A DNA stretch of 64,000 bases from Flavobacteriales bacterium (GCA_040377305.1 JBEIPA010000013.1:1-64000), one strand, 5' to 3'. Shown: positions 1 to 10,158, numbered from the stretch's first letter. Notes: generated by a model from the sequence alone, not told the origin. A program made the numbers and translations.

Positions 1-1
1 T

Positions 2-724
2 ACTATTAGTATAACACCCATATTCGTATTGGAGGATGCTGCCGCAATTGATTCTCTTATCGAAAGCAACGATGCATCCTATGTTGCACATGTTTATTGC
101 AGAGGAACGATGTTCCGCGAGATTTACAGGTCTAAAAAAAATCTAGCAGGAGCAATTGAGATCCCCGCCTCCAAACTTTTTGGTGAGGTGGAGGTGGATT
201 TTTTTGTTTGCACAGAAAAAGAGATTTCGCAGTTTGCTTCTAAGTCGTTTAACGAAGATTACGGGGGAACAAAATTTAATCTTGAAAAGACGGACATTTT
301 AGCTTATGCCGGCAAGGGGAAATTTTTTGCGAATAAATCAGCATTGGAGTTACGATCAATTTCCGCGCTAATGGTTGTTGATTGTAATAACACCAGTAGG
401 GAACCTATGCGTATCGATTATGACGGTGAAAAAATTACGATTCTGCTGTGTAAGGAAGACTACTTTAACTATAAACTACTCAAGCAACGTAAGGAATACT
501 TCGGTGTAATACTTTCTTCATTAGTACTCCCAGCCTTAATGGAAGTTATTCATACGATGAAAGACGATTCCGGCGATTATCAAAAGAAGGCATGGCACGT
601 AGCATTAAGTAAGATTATTAAGGAATCAAAGGTCTCCGGACCGATGGCAATTGCACAAAATATTCTTGAAAATCCTCTTTATAAATGTTTTACTTTATTA
701 ACCGCCGATGAAAACGCAGAATAA
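2..724 (+). CDS. Hypothetical protein, 5'-truncated by the window edge; probable defence-island component
   Basis: Frame is open from position 2 (the TTG at 29 is probably internal); overlaps the next gene; resembles the uncharacterised genes I recall upstream of DUF6339 genes. Confidence 0.7.
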   Translation, partial: TISITPIFVLEDAAAIDSLIESNDASYVAHVYCRGTMFREIYRSKKNLAGAIEIPASKLFGEVEVDFFVCTEKEISQFASKSFNEDYGGTKFNLEKTDILAYAGKGKFFANKSALELRSISALMVVDCNNTSREPMRIDYDGEKITILLCKEDYFNYKLLKQRKEYFGVILSSLVLPALMEVIHTMKDDSGDYQKKAWHVALSKIIKESKVSGPMAIAQNILENPLYKCFTLLTADENAE

Positions 725-1421
725 GTCCGAGGTGAAGTACTTCTCAAGCTTTTATGTTGATAAATTGTTTCGTAATTGCGCAAGTACGTTGAATCATGAC
801 ATTTATTTAGAAGATGAATTTCCGTTCGACGAGTCTTATGCAAAGGGTCCGACGCAAGTCCATTTGAATGATGATGCAGAATTAATTCTCAGCAAGGACC
901 ATGATTATGAGAACTGCATAATCCTTTACGAAGGATTAAGTAATCTCACCGAAGCGCAAGCGGCTGACGAAAGATTATGGGCCTATCTAATTCACACGCG
1001 CTACTGGAAATATATGCGTAAACGTTGGCCCGTGGAGGAAAGCAAAAAGCCAATCAGCAGAATACGCAGTCGTTATTTCCTGCGAAGTGTGAATTTAGAA
1101 ACTCTAACCAGAAATGGGCTGGCAAGATTGTGGTGGTACGCTCATCTAACTGTAGATCCCTCCAAGTCTAATAAATACGAATTACTCAAGGTTATGATGC
1201 AGCGCCAAGATCTAGTTGTGGGTGTTACTGAAAGAGCAATTGGATCAAATCAAGCAATTAGAACAGGAATACTTGAATTCTTTCATGAGAACCCTAAGAT
1301 TGCCTTGAGTCAGGAGATGACCCGCGCTCTATTTAAAGGACTGAATTTGTATGGCGGAGTTAAAATGTTGCCAATGCTCTCCCGCGTCGAAATAAAATCA
1401 GTACTAAAGACAATACTGTGA
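708..1421 (+). CDS. DUF6339-like family protein
   Basis: Motifs LTEAQAADERLWAYLIH, YMRKRWP and RNGLARLWWYAHLT; adjacent to a C5-MTase RM locus. Confidence 0.7.
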   Translation: MKTQNKSEVKYFSSFYVDKLFRNCASTLNHDIYLEDEFPFDESYAKGPTQVHLNDDAELILSKDHDYENCIILYEGLSNLTEAQAADERLWAYLIHTRYWKYMRKRWPVEESKKPISRIRSRYFLRSVNLETLTRNGLARLWWYAHLTVDPSKSNKYELLKVMMQRQDLVVGVTERAIGSNQAIRTGILEFFHENPKIALSQEMTRALFKGLNLYGGVKMLPMLSRVEIKSVLKTIL

Positions 1422-1438
1422 GAGAAAAAGACAATGAA

Positions 1439-2611
1439 TCAAGCTTGCGTGTTTCGAACGTGTTTAACAAACTTATCCAACGTTAATATCCGATCTCTAA
1501 ACGGCTCAGGAAACGTTTTGAGGTAGGGCTGAGGCACGACCAGGCACACATCATATTTATACATTTCCTTAAGTTGATTCATCGAAATTGCTTGTTGAAG
1601 CGTAAATAAGTGTTTCGTTTTTATTCTATCTGCTTCATTCAATATTTGCCTCCACCGGTCTTTACACGTTGTTTTTGATGCCAGCATCACAAGTTTTTTG
1701 TCGCTGTAATTCTTATTCTTATACTGTTCGATAGTAGGAAAAATGAAATCGGGTTTTCTTTTATCTTCTGTTGTTACCTGAGTGCTGAATTTCAAATCTG
1801 ATATCTTAAATATTTCAGCTAGGTGATGTTCCAGTGATTTGCCAGCTCGACTCTTTCGTCGATTTAGAATTGTATTTGCCGTATTCACGAGTTCTTCAAC
1901 GGTAGCAAATGGTTTTTTAATTCGGCTGTTGTAGCGATCATTTTCAATTACTTTAAACAGCTGAAACTCGGCGTCAAGCCAACTTAAGATTCCGTTATCA
2001 GGATTAACGGCTATCATATCATTAGTAATGCCATGTGCACCATTGTAGCAATTCCGCGCATTCAGTGCGAGATTCACCGTTGGCGGAAAATCAACCTTAA
2101 GTGATTTTAGAAAACCTGTAAAACATTTGAGGAGCTTGTTTTCTGCAGTATACTCAAATTGCATTGGAACAATTCCATTTGTATCATTAGATGAGATATT
2201 GAAGGCAGCAAAAAACTCATCGATGTCTTCATCTACTTGTAATACGAATCCGGTATAATAGTCCTTACTCATTTTGCACAGCACAAGTAGATCACCTTCG
2301 TTGTCTTCACTCAGGAAGGGAAAACCTTTTCCAAACCGTGTGAGTCGATACTCATTGCGGGTACCGACGCCATAATAAATAAAACGACTTGTGGTCTCAA
2401 AGTCATCTTGCCATTTTATGGTTACAATTTTGTCTCTGTTCTCGCCCCTGACTCCGGGCTTGCTGAATATGAGAGGCCAGGAGTTTTTGTGAATATGAAA
2501 TCCCGACTGATGGGCACCGGTGGAACCAGTATCATTGGCTGTAATAAATTTGGTGAAAGCGATTTGAGATTTTTGTACCGCTTCAATTGCCTTAGTGAGA
2601 ACAGCTTCCAT
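1439..2611 (-). CDS. EcoRII-family type II restriction endonuclease (N-terminal effector domain plus catalytic domain)
   Basis: KFITANDTGSTGAHQSG, RNEYRLTRFG, NRRKSRAGKSLEHHL, KPDFIFP, KTTCKDRWRQILNEADRI. Confidence 0.92.
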   Translation of the reverse strand: MEAVLTKAIEAVQKSQIAFTKFITANDTGSTGAHQSGFHIHKNSWPLIFSKPGVRGENRDKIVTIKWQDDFETTSRFIYYGVGTRNEYRLTRFGKGFPFLSEDNEGDLLVLCKMSKDYYTGFVLQVDEDIDEFFAAFNISSNDTNGIVPMQFEYTAENKLLKCFTGFLKSLKVDFPPTVNLALNARNCYNGAHGITNDMIAVNPDNGILSWLDAEFQLFKVIENDRYNSRIKKPFATVEELVNTANTILNRRKSRAGKSLEHHLAEIFKISDLKFSTQVTTEDKRKPDFIFPTIEQYKNKNYSDKKLVMLASKTTCKDRWRQILNEADRIKTKHLFTLQQAISMNQLKEMYKYDVCLVVPQPYLKTFPEPFRDRILTLDKFVKHVRNTQA

Positions 2612-3813
2612 TATTTGACAATATTATTAACGATGTTCTTTCCTACTGCCTGTATCAGTGGAACTACAACGGAGTTTCCGAATTGTTTGTAAGCTGGTGT
2701 GTCAGCAACGGGAATTACAAAGTTTTCTGGAAAGCCCTGTAAACTGGCGCATTCTTTCGGAGTAAGCCTTCTTGGATTTTCACCTTCCTGTGCAATTAAT
2801 ATTTCAGACCCATCCTTATAATACCGAGCTGAAAGCGTACGCGTTACTCCATCAGGATTAGCTAATCCAAATCCAAATCCATTTCCTTTCGCTTTGTGTT
2901 TTGCGGCATAATCCTGTAAATACTTCCACAATTTATCAGAAAGCGTATACTTGGACGGCGCATTTTTATCCAGAATTGAAGAAAGAACTTTCGGTGGAGA
3001 CTTCATTTCCGGGAATGTGAAATTCTCATTCCCCTTGAAAATGGACTTCCGAAATCCCACAATTATTATCCGTTCACGGTGTTGAGGAACAAAATATTTT
3101 CCATCAAGAACTTTAGCGTGAATGGTATACCCTAATTCTTCAAGGGTTGCTTTAATTACTTTGAAAGTGTTCCCTTTGTCATGCGAAACAAGATTCTTCA
3201 CATTCTCCAGGAGGAACGCCTTTGGTTTTTTTGCTTTGATAATTCTTGCAACATCAAAGAACAGCGTTCCTTGAGTTTTATCAAGAAAACCATGAGCTCT
3301 ACCTAGTGCATTTTTCTTAGACACTCCTGCAATTGAAAAAGGTTGGCAAGGAAATCCACCTAAGAGAATATCGTGATCAGGAATTTCCTCCTCCTTGATT
3401 TTTGTAATGTCACCAAATGGGACTTCACCAAAGTTGGCTTCGTAAGTTCTCTTCGCCGCGTTATCCCATTCCGAAGTAAACACACATTTCCCACCTAAAT
3501 TTTGAAATGCGAGGCGAATTCCTCCAATGCCCGCGAATAAATCGATGAACTTAAACTTTGGATTTTTCGGTGGTGGAAAAGGAACATCCCATTGAATGGG
3601 TAGGTAGTGCTGAAAGTCATTTTCACAAACGAGATTGCTTTCTGCACTTAATTCAGAAAGAACCTTTTCGGCTCGTTTCCGATAATATTTAGAAACACCA
3701 TTTTCATTGTTTTGTAAATAATGAGTCAATACTGCAAGACGTTCATCAATCTTCCGGGTCGTTTCAATTCCCAAATTCTTCTTTACGGCACTGTACTTTT
3801 TCTTCTTCTTCAT
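2611..3813 (-). CDS. dcm: DNA cytosine-C5 methyltransferase (Dcm/M.EcoRII-like, likely CCWGG)
   Basis: [59 protein letters not shown]. Confidence 0.95.
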   Translation of the reverse strand: MKKKKKYSAVKKNLGIETTRKIDERLAVLTHYLQNNENGVSKYYRKRAEKVLSELSAESNLVCENDFQHYLPIQWDVPFPPPKNPKFKFIDLFAGIGGIRLAFQNLGGKCVFTSEWDNAAKRTYEANFGEVPFGDITKIKEEEIPDHDILLGGFPCQPFSIAGVSKKNALGRAHGFLDKTQGTLFFDVARIIKAKKPKAFLLENVKNLVSHDKGNTFKVIKATLEELGYTIHAKVLDGKYFVPQHRERIIIVGFRKSIFKGNENFTFPEMKSPPKVLSSILDKNAPSKYTLSDKLWKYLQDYAAKHKAKGNGFGFGLANPDGVTRTLSARYYKDGSEILIAQEGENPRRLTPKECASLQGFPENFVIPVADTPAYKQFGNSVVVPLIQAVGKNIVNNIVK

Positions 3814-3825
3814 GTTGTCCTCCCT

Positions 3826-4038
3826 CTATTTTACTTCCGAGAAAAATTCTGAAATGCTCACTCCTAATGCCTTCACTATTTTTTCAATGTTCTGGATGGA
3901 AATATTTCTTCTTCCATTTTCAACACTGGTCATGTAGGTTCTGTCAATTCCCGCTTTGAATGCAAGCGCTTCCTGGGAGACTCCTTTTTTGGTTCTGAGG
4001 TCGCGCACACGTTTCCCGAATTTTTCTTGGATGTTCAT
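3826..4038 (-). CDS. XRE-family HTH controller (C) protein of the RM system, 70 aa
   Basis: MNIQEKFGKRVRDLR..SQEALAFKAGIDRTYMTSVENGRRNISIQNIEKI; ATG at 4038 preferred because the operator lies upstream of it. Confidence 0.88.
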   Translation of the reverse strand: MNIQEKFGKRVRDLRTKKGVSQEALAFKAGIDRTYMTSVENGRRNISIQNIEKIVKALGVSISEFFSEVK

Positions 4039-4057
4039 TGGTGTAAAGGTGTTTGGG

Positions 4058-4091
4058 TGTGACTTAATTGTCCACGGACTATACGTCACAT
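4058..4091 (-). promoter_or_regulatory. Double C-box operator for the controller protein
   Basis: Minus strand ATGTGACGTATAGTCCGTGGACAATTAAGTCACA: two GAC..GTC dyads joined by CGTG, about 20 nt upstream of the C gene; resembles the C.Esp1396I-type operator. Confidence 0.8.
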
Positions 4092-4119
4092 ACAATAAGT
4101 AGTGATAAGTCCGAAAACG

Positions 4120-4144
4120 AAAAACCCCGGTCAGCGCCGGGGTG
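4120..4144 (-). terminator. Intrinsic terminator downstream of vsr
   Basis: Minus strand ACCCCGG-cgctga-CCGGGGT followed by a T-run. Confidence 0.7.
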
Positions 4145-4162
4145 TACTTTGAGGTGAATCTG

Positions 4163-4573
4163 TCAATGAAAATGACGTAGCAAAGATGAGAGAATTTTGT
4201 TCGGTTTTTTCTTCAGATCACACTCCCATAATCTGATAACTTTCCAGCCCGCTTTTTTCAGAAAACTAAAATATTTAGTCTCGTTTTCCTTGTTTCGGTT
4301 GATTTTGGCTACCCACCAAGCAGTTCTTGTCTTGGGAATGATATAGCAGAGCCCTTCTTTATGACCATGCCAGAAGCAGCCGTGAATGAAGATTACGGTC
4401 TTGTATTTCGGTAAAACAATATCAGGTTTGCCAGGTAAGCGTCTGTCGTTTACGCGGTAACGGAATCCTTTTGAGAAAAGAAATTTGCGGACGAGAAGTT
4501 CAGGCTTGGTGTCCTTGCCCCGGATACGCGACATGTTGTAGGAACGTACGGCTTTGGAGTGGACGTCGGCCAT
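4163..4573 (-). CDS. vsr: Very-short-patch repair endonuclease
   Basis: MADVHSKAVRSYNMSRIRGKDTKPE, LPGKPDIV, FIHGCFWHGH, WECDL. Confidence 0.95.
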   Translation of the reverse strand: MADVHSKAVRSYNMSRIRGKDTKPELLVRKFLFSKGFRYRVNDRRLPGKPDIVLPKYKTVIFIHGCFWHGHKEGLCYIIPKTRTAWWVAKINRNKENETKYFSFLKKAGWKVIRLWECDLKKKPNKILSSLLRHFH

Positions 4574-4604
4574 ACGTAAAGGTAGGCAGCTACAATTTAC
4601 AGAG

Positions 4605-5051
4605 CTAAATCAATCTCGGATTCAATATGAAAGTCCGATCAAGACTGTCTGGGAACGGTAGGTCAAACCAAGATTCTTTTCTGACTTCCCACAACTTTTC
4701 TATGCTTTCCTGATTAACCCATAGTTCGTACCAACCTTGACTTACCATTTTTACATCAGGCAATTTTGGATCAGAGCCAGTTGACAACCTAAAACGATCA
4801 CTATCCTTTCTATCCACCTGCCAAGTTATTCCTTGATAACTTGCAAAGGTTTCAACACTGAAAGCATTTGTTATTTCGTTTCGATCTACGTCTTTGATAA
4901 AAATGCCTTCACCATCTTGATATTCTTGAAATCGACTGTCCGGACGGATCCCATTTCTAGAAATCAAATGATAAGACTTGTCATCGTTTTCAGATAATTC
5001 AACTTCTGCACTATTGTACAAGGTGTAAACTTTATTTCGGAGCTCTTTCAT
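4605..5051 (-). CDS. Putative immunity protein for the upstream toxin
   Basis: 148 aa, no signal peptide, ATGA overlap with the stop of the 866-aa gene. Confidence 0.55.
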   Translation of the reverse strand: MKELRNKVYTLYNSAEVELSENDDKSYHLISRNGIRPDSRFQEYQDGEGIFIKDVDRNEITNAFSVETFASYQGITWQVDRKDSDRFRLSTGSDPKLPDVKMVSQGWYELWVNQESIEKLWEVRKESWFDLPFPDSLDRTFILNPRLI

Positions 5052-7648
5052 GGCGTCGGAACAAATTTACCCAGATTCTTATTATAAGTAGCACGTAAGA
5101 TTTCCTGACCGTCCGAAAATACTTCCCAAAGTTCCGCACTTTCCATAACGGCGAAACCAGACATCTGCCATTCGGGAACTCCTAGCCGACCATTGTTTGC
5201 AGAAGTAAAACCATGTCCTGTGAATGGCATTGAAGCAATTTCAACTCCACCATTTGCAGGACAACGAGGGATTACGGCAGTTACTGAGTTTTGAGCCTTA
5301 AACCTTATTACTCCACAACTTCCATCTGACAGATGAAAAGCAGTTTGAGAATAATCCAATCTCATGCCATAATAGATATCCTCAAACGTCGTAAGATGTT
5401 TTGAGTCTTGTGCGGTTGCCATAAATCCTTTACAACTTGTGTAGCTTCCATCCAAATATTTTCCAATATCGGATTTCGGAATTGCCTTCTGCATTACTGT
5501 CGTCGCCGTCGGTTTCGCAATCGCATCGCGAATCGTGTTCATAATGTCTTGCTCGGCCAAAGTAAGCTGTTGGAAGGCTTTCTCCTCTAACACCAAAAAC
5601 TCCTGTAGCGTCAATCCATGCGACTGCGCCAACGATGCAATTTGATCTTCAAATCCTACTAACGCATCAACGACATTTCTGCTGTATTTGGTAGTACTGA
5701 TTAATGTGCCTGCTTCAACCTGCTGCTCCAGCAAATCATCTAGTTTGGTTAGTTGTTGTTTTGCTGTATTATCAACTCCCGTCCAATTTGAAACACCAGC
5801 ATATTGTGTTCTATATTCCTGCGCTAATGATAAGGGAACAGGTTTAAGTTCCAGCGCGCGCGCTTTCGCAATGAACTCCACGGTGTACTGGGCTCCGTAT
5901 ACTGCAACTTTTGATAATCCCCAAATTCCGATTATAATATTGAACGTGTTAACAGCTTCAGTTAGGTGCGGATCATTAATTGCGTTCGCTCCAATGTTCG
6001 CTACAGAACCTACAAACTGTAATGCTTCAAAGCAGGCCATTGCAACATTTCCCGCTTCTAGTGCTGCATTTATCAATGGCCCAGCGGTTGCAATGGTGAT
6101 GGCATCAATAATTAGTGCCGTGGTTGTTATTGCATTTGTATTGAATGCTTTGTCATCTGCATATTGAAGAAATATTGCTGGGGCGAAATAGGGTTTGTTC
6201 GGCTGTGCTCCGGCAATTTGCAGCATTCCTAACGAGCTGCGATTCGTGAACACCACAATTGCAAATGGATCCAACGTGAATGGAGCATAGGTGTTATCCC
6301 AATGTGCGTGATTGGTGTATGCATCAGGAGCGAGAGGAACTGGTCTTCTCTCCAGCCACGCAACACTTTTGTGGACCGAGACACTTCCGTTGTCAGCTAA
6401 ATCAATTTCATAGTCGTGGTCGCCGTCTTTTGGATTTGCAAGCGCAGACCAGTCATCCCAATATATTCTTCTGTTGTACCAATCAGCATCCGTCGTTGGC
6501 AATTTTGCTTCTACTACCTGCGGACAAGTCATTTCAATCTGAATGATCGCGCGCATAAACCATGCGTAACAATCTCCGGTAAATACATGATCATCAATTC
6601 GCTCGACTAGCATTTTAATCAAAGCCTTATTCGGCTTATCTCCCATATAACTCGGATCAGTATTCAAACTACTCACCTGTGAAAGATGATCGAGAAAATC
6701 AGGGACCTGTTGGGACGGAGTTGATTCCACAATTCTGCACGCATATCGCTCTTCTTGTTCCAATCCATTATCTCCCATCGAGTACCCAGCGAAGACCGAC
6801 AACGCATGCCTTCTCTCCGGCTCAGTTAGTCCCTCGTAATCTACCGTTCGAAACTGGATGAAGATCGCACTCATGCTTGGTGAAGTATAGGTGCTCATAA
6901 TTGCACCCTTCACCGCCATATACTTTGCCGACTCATAAAAACGCGCAGCAACAGCTTTAACGGAATATTGTAATCCACCTTGCATTACTGCTGGATCGTT
7001 GTTGAAACGCGAGTAGAAACACTGCGTGAGCTCGTCGAGCTTGGGATACGTTTCAGTAGTTCCGTAAATGGGTATTGTCCTAGTCAGATCCCACGCACCA
7101 ATTTTCCCGGGCGCATAAACACTTTTATATTCGGCTCGTGAATAGACGATATAATCTTTGGTACGCGCCATGGAGCCATAGGCAATTTCATATGATATTT
7201 GCTGGTGTGTGGCACGTAGCATAGTGATATTTGATGTCTCATCATATAAGCGGTTCGTGAAAATATCGCGCGCTTGCGGGTATGCGGGCAATTCGGTTTT
7301 GAAGACGAGATCAAAAGACCTTATCACGATGATGTAAAGCTCAACATTGAATGCTTCGTATGCCGCAGCCATTGTGTCGTTGATTGCGTCAACGGTTGCC
7401 TGATCGAGAATGTCTTCATTTGAATCAATGTTCTTTTCGAACGTATAGTTCACGCCGTTCGGATCACCGTCAATGACGACAAGAAATTTCCGATCAAGCG
7501 GAGATTCAACATGAGCATTGTACTCGAGAAGGTTACAAAGCTCTGCACGTCCTTCTGCAATCATCTCAGCACGTTTCGTGGAGTCGATCGCAATTGCACT
7601 GAGGTGATTAGTCAATGCAAGAAGAAAAATTAAGAAGATAGTTCTCAT
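5048..7648 (-). CDS. Secreted putative polymorphic toxin (signal peptide, hydrophobic helical mid-region, C-terminal toxin-like domain)
   Basis: Signal peptide MRTIFLIFLLALTNHLSA; hydrophobic ALIIDAITIATAG..FEALQFVGSVANI stretch; C-terminal MQKAIP..KYLDG..GF..MRLDY..VIRF..PFTGHGFT..VPEW..AELW domain; small overlapping downstream gene. Confidence 0.6.
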   Translation of the reverse strand: MRTIFLIFLLALTNHLSAIAIDSTKRAEMIAEGRAELCNLLEYNAHVESPLDRKFLVVIDGDPNGVNYTFEKNIDSNEDILDQATVDAINDTMAAAYEAFNVELYIIVIRSFDLVFKTELPAYPQARDIFTNRLYDETSNITMLRATHQQISYEIAYGSMARTKDYIVYSRAEYKSVYAPGKIGAWDLTRTIPIYGTTETYPKLDELTQCFYSRFNNDPAVMQGGLQYSVKAVAARFYESAKYMAVKGAIMSTYTSPSMSAIFIQFRTVDYEGLTEPERRHALSVFAGYSMGDNGLEQEERYACRIVESTPSQQVPDFLDHLSQVSSLNTDPSYMGDKPNKALIKMLVERIDDHVFTGDCYAWFMRAIIQIEMTCPQVVEAKLPTTDADWYNRRIYWDDWSALANPKDGDHDYEIDLADNGSVSVHKSVAWLERRPVPLAPDAYTNHAHWDNTYAPFTLDPFAIVVFTNRSSLGMLQIAGAQPNKPYFAPAIFLQYADDKAFNTNAITTTALIIDAITIATAGPLINAALEAGNVAMACFEALQFVGSVANIGANAINDPHLTEAVNTFNIIIGIWGLSKVAVYGAQYTVEFIAKARALELKPVPLSLAQEYRTQYAGVSNWTGVDNTAKQQLTKLDDLLEQQVEAGTLISTTKYSRNVVDALVGFEDQIASLAQSHGLTLQEFLVLEEKAFQQLTLAEQDIMNTIRDAIAKPTATTVMQKAIPKSDIGKYLDGSYTSCKGFMATAQDSKHLTTFEDIYYGMRLDYSQTAFHLSDGSCGVIRFKAQNSVTAVIPRCPANGGVEIASMPFTGHGFTSANNGRLGVPEWQMSGFAVMESAELWEVFSDGQEILRATYNKNLGKFVPTP

Positions 7649-7649
7649 G

Positions 7650-9848
7650 CTATTCGGGCGACATTTGTTTGATGAGAGTCATTCTCACTAATGGTTTGAT
7701 ACCGTTTTCTGCAACGAGTGCTGCAATTTCAGCTTCCGTTTTTCCGGCCGCGAGTTGTTGCGTGCAATATTGCTTGAAGAGCACTCCGTTGATGGCAAGA
7801 TATTGTCCCACAAAATCAAGTTCTTCATCAGGACAATCTGCGCGAGACATGACCTGAAGGACGATTGAAGAGTAGTAGTCGATCTCCGCAGTTTTGAATT
7901 GTGTTCCCAATGCTTCACCCTGATCATTTGGATCTGCATCACTTTTCGTAAACACGATCGTTTCGTATTTGTCATCAACTTGCTGTGGCGGAGCAGGAAT
8001 ATTATTGTTTCCAGCCGCATCCTGCTTCTGCTGATTCGTTCTGTTCTGTAGCTGTTGTTCACTTGCCTGCATGGCCGCTTGCTGATTCTGGACGACCTGC
8101 GGCGAAATCTCATTTCGGATAATCGTCATCGCCTCCTTCATAATCCGCATTTCCTGATCATTCAACGTATCATTCGTAAGCGGCAACAAATAACCTCCGT
8201 TCACTGGTGTAACTGTTCCATCGGGATTCACCACCCACTGATTCCCATTCGAATCAGTAATGAGCACACCGCCATTCGGATCAATCGGAACTATTGTTTG
8301 ATTTCCATTAGCGTCGATGATTATAATTTGTCCGTTGTTCACGTAAATGGAATCAATCGAACCGTTGAAAAAATAACTCGTGTCGTAAGTGAATCCGAAG
8401 TTGAATTGGGTCAGCCAGTTGCTCACTCCGTCTGTAATAGCCCTCACCACCCCCGCATACATCACCTGATCAGCGCCCACCTGAATATTCGTGTACTGCA
8501 CATTCAGCGTTACTCCCAACGGCATGATTACTTTTCCTAAACCGGAATACAAACCATTCGGATTTGTTGGTGCGTTGAGTTGCGTGACCAGCATTTCAAA
8601 CTGACCGACTTGCCAGATCATTCCGATGTTCGCGATGGTGAGTGGTTGGAAATTTTGCTGAGCGGGTGGAGGAGAAGCTTCTCCGCAGTTGAGTACGGCT
8701 TGTGCGGGTGTAGTGAATGTTACAATGTTGCTCCACGGTCCGTCGTTGCCATTGGGGAAAACGCCGTGTACCTGCGCTTCGTATTGGGTGAGTGGTTCGA
8801 GTGCGGTAATGCGCGCGTTGGAATTCGCAGTGGTAATCGGAAACCAGTTGGGCGAATTTACTTTCCGGAATTCGAGGTGATAACTCGTGTATGCACTCAC
8901 ACTGTCCCACATGCATTTTGCCTGACGGTGCGTGAGTACCTGTGCACTCAGTGTCAGATTCGCGAGATTGCCGAGTAATTCACTTTCATCTCCGTAAGTA
9001 AATGTGCAGATCTGCGAGTAACCATTGTTGCGGAACAACGCGCGACCATCGAGATCATACGCACGCACACGCCACACGTACGTCCAACCCACCTGCAGCG
9101 GCGGCTCGGTAATGCCGTACGTAATCATCGTGAGATTCGTAGTCGTCGTGTACATCGGCGCAGTAGCAAGCACCACGTTATTCGGATTGTTGTTCGGCGG
9201 CATCACTTCCCACAGCTCGAATAAATATTCTGTGCCGAGAGCAGAAACAGGAGAAGCCATATTCAGCGGACTCCACGAGAATGCAACGAACTGGGCTTGC
9301 GATGTAGGAACTTCACTCGAACATGCAGGTAGATTCGTGAGCGGAGGATCGCACAACATCATCCAGGCTTGTGTAGTTCCAACGTTACTTACGGGAATGG
9401 GCAGTGGATTCGCAAAATCGTACGCGGTGACTTCGATCGTGTAGAAGCCTTCGGGTAACACTTTGCTTTGGTTGTATTGCGGCAGCGTAATTCCGCTGTA
9501 GTCGAGGTTCGCGCTGTTGAGCAATCCGGAAAGATCCGTTCCGCTCAGCATCAGCGGCACTCCGGGTTCGAGCGTAAATGGTCCGGCGTAGTAAAACGGT
9601 TTGCTCTGAATAGACACGTTATTTCCGGTCAGAGAAAATTTCAGTTTCACGTTGTACGACGGTTGTGAAAAATCCATGAACGTGATGTAGATGCGGAGGT
9701 TGTCGTTACCCGGTGAAGCGTAATCCGGCAAGTACCCCGAGAAAGGCGGCACGAGCTGTGTGCTAATCTGGACAGGGAAAGTTTGTGCCTGCGAGAGTGT
9801 GCACGAGATAATCGTGAGGAGAAGAGTGATGAGGGTGCGGCGGAGCAT
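7650..9848 (-). CDS. Secreted fibronectin type III domain protein with TANFOR-like N-terminus
   Basis: Signal peptide from ATG 9848; QTFPVQISTQLVPPFSGYLPDY, LPEGFYTI, YVWRVRA, FN3 motif LEPLTQYEAQV..WS..TFTT, YSGLGKVIMP. Confidence 0.75.
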   Translation of the reverse strand: MLRRTLITLLLTIISCTLSQAQTFPVQISTQLVPPFSGYLPDYASPGNDNLRIYITFMDFSQPSYNVKLKFSLTGNNVSIQSKPFYYAGPFTLEPGVPLMLSGTDLSGLLNSANLDYSGITLPQYNQSKVLPEGFYTIEVTAYDFANPLPIPVSNVGTTQAWMMLCDPPLTNLPACSSEVPTSQAQFVAFSWSPLNMASPVSALGTEYLFELWEVMPPNNNPNNVVLATAPMYTTTTNLTMITYGITEPPLQVGWTYVWRVRAYDLDGRALFRNNGYSQICTFTYGDESELLGNLANLTLSAQVLTHRQAKCMWDSVSAYTSYHLEFRKVNSPNWFPITTANSNARITALEPLTQYEAQVHGVFPNGNDGPWSNIVTFTTPAQAVLNCGEASPPPAQQNFQPLTIANIGMIWQVGQFEMLVTQLNAPTNPNGLYSGLGKVIMPLGVTLNVQYTNIQVGADQVMYAGVVRAITDGVSNWLTQFNFGFTYDTSYFFNGSIDSIYVNNGQIIIIDANGNQTIVPIDPNGGVLITDSNGNQWVVNPDGTVTPVNGGYLLPLTNDTLNDQEMRIMKEAMTIIRNEISPQVVQNQQAAMQASEQQLQNRTNQQKQDAAGNNNIPAPPQQVDDKYETIVFTKSDADPNDQGEALGTQFKTAEIDYYSSIVLQVMSRADCPDEELDFVGQYLAINGVLFKQYCTQQLAAGKTEAEIAALVAENGIKPLVRMTLIKQMSPE

Positions 9849-9876
9849 GGGTTGTGGCTCTTCGAGAAACAAAGAG

Positions 9877-9911
9877 CCTCACCCCCGGCCCCTCTCCGAA
9901 AGAGAGGGGTG
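9877..9911. repeat. REP-like hairpin in the 5' region of the FN3 gene
   Basis: cctcacccccggCCCCTCTCcgaaaGAGAGGGG. Confidence 0.55.
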
Positions 9912-9944
9912 TGGGTTCGACGCTTCGCTGCCGAACAGCTAGGG

Positions 9945-9996
9945 CGAATATGAAAAAAAGTGTTGGCGCTAGTCGGGAGCAAACGTTTGTAAACGG
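9945..9996 (-). promoter_or_regulatory. Shared 28-bp upstream motif plus -7-like element (copy A)
   Basis: CCGTTTACAAACGTTTGCTCCCGACTAG, 16-nt spacer, CATATTCG, upstream of the FN3/toxin operon. Confidence 0.6.
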
Positions 9997-10158
9997 CTAG
10001 CAACGAAAAAAAATCGGTTGGAGGCGATTGAAAGGGGGTTCAGGGCGAATTTTGGGAAGAACAGTGTGCTCGATCTGACAGATGGGTGACTTATGTGCGC
10101 GTGTGCCCGGAAGATGGAAATGGCGACACCCTCCAAGGGTTTAACCCTTGCAGCGTTG
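9969..10158 (+). repeat. Diverged direct repeat, copy 1 (partner 11425-11590)
   Basis: First about 44 bp identical, then shared blocks ggaggcgatt, gaagaaca.tgtgctcga, gtgtgcccggaaga and the REP palindrome. Confidence 0.85.

Noticed and set aside
3826-4095. 89-aa version of the controller gene
   Set aside because: The extension runs through the C-box operator; ATG 4038 gives a typical 70-aa C protein
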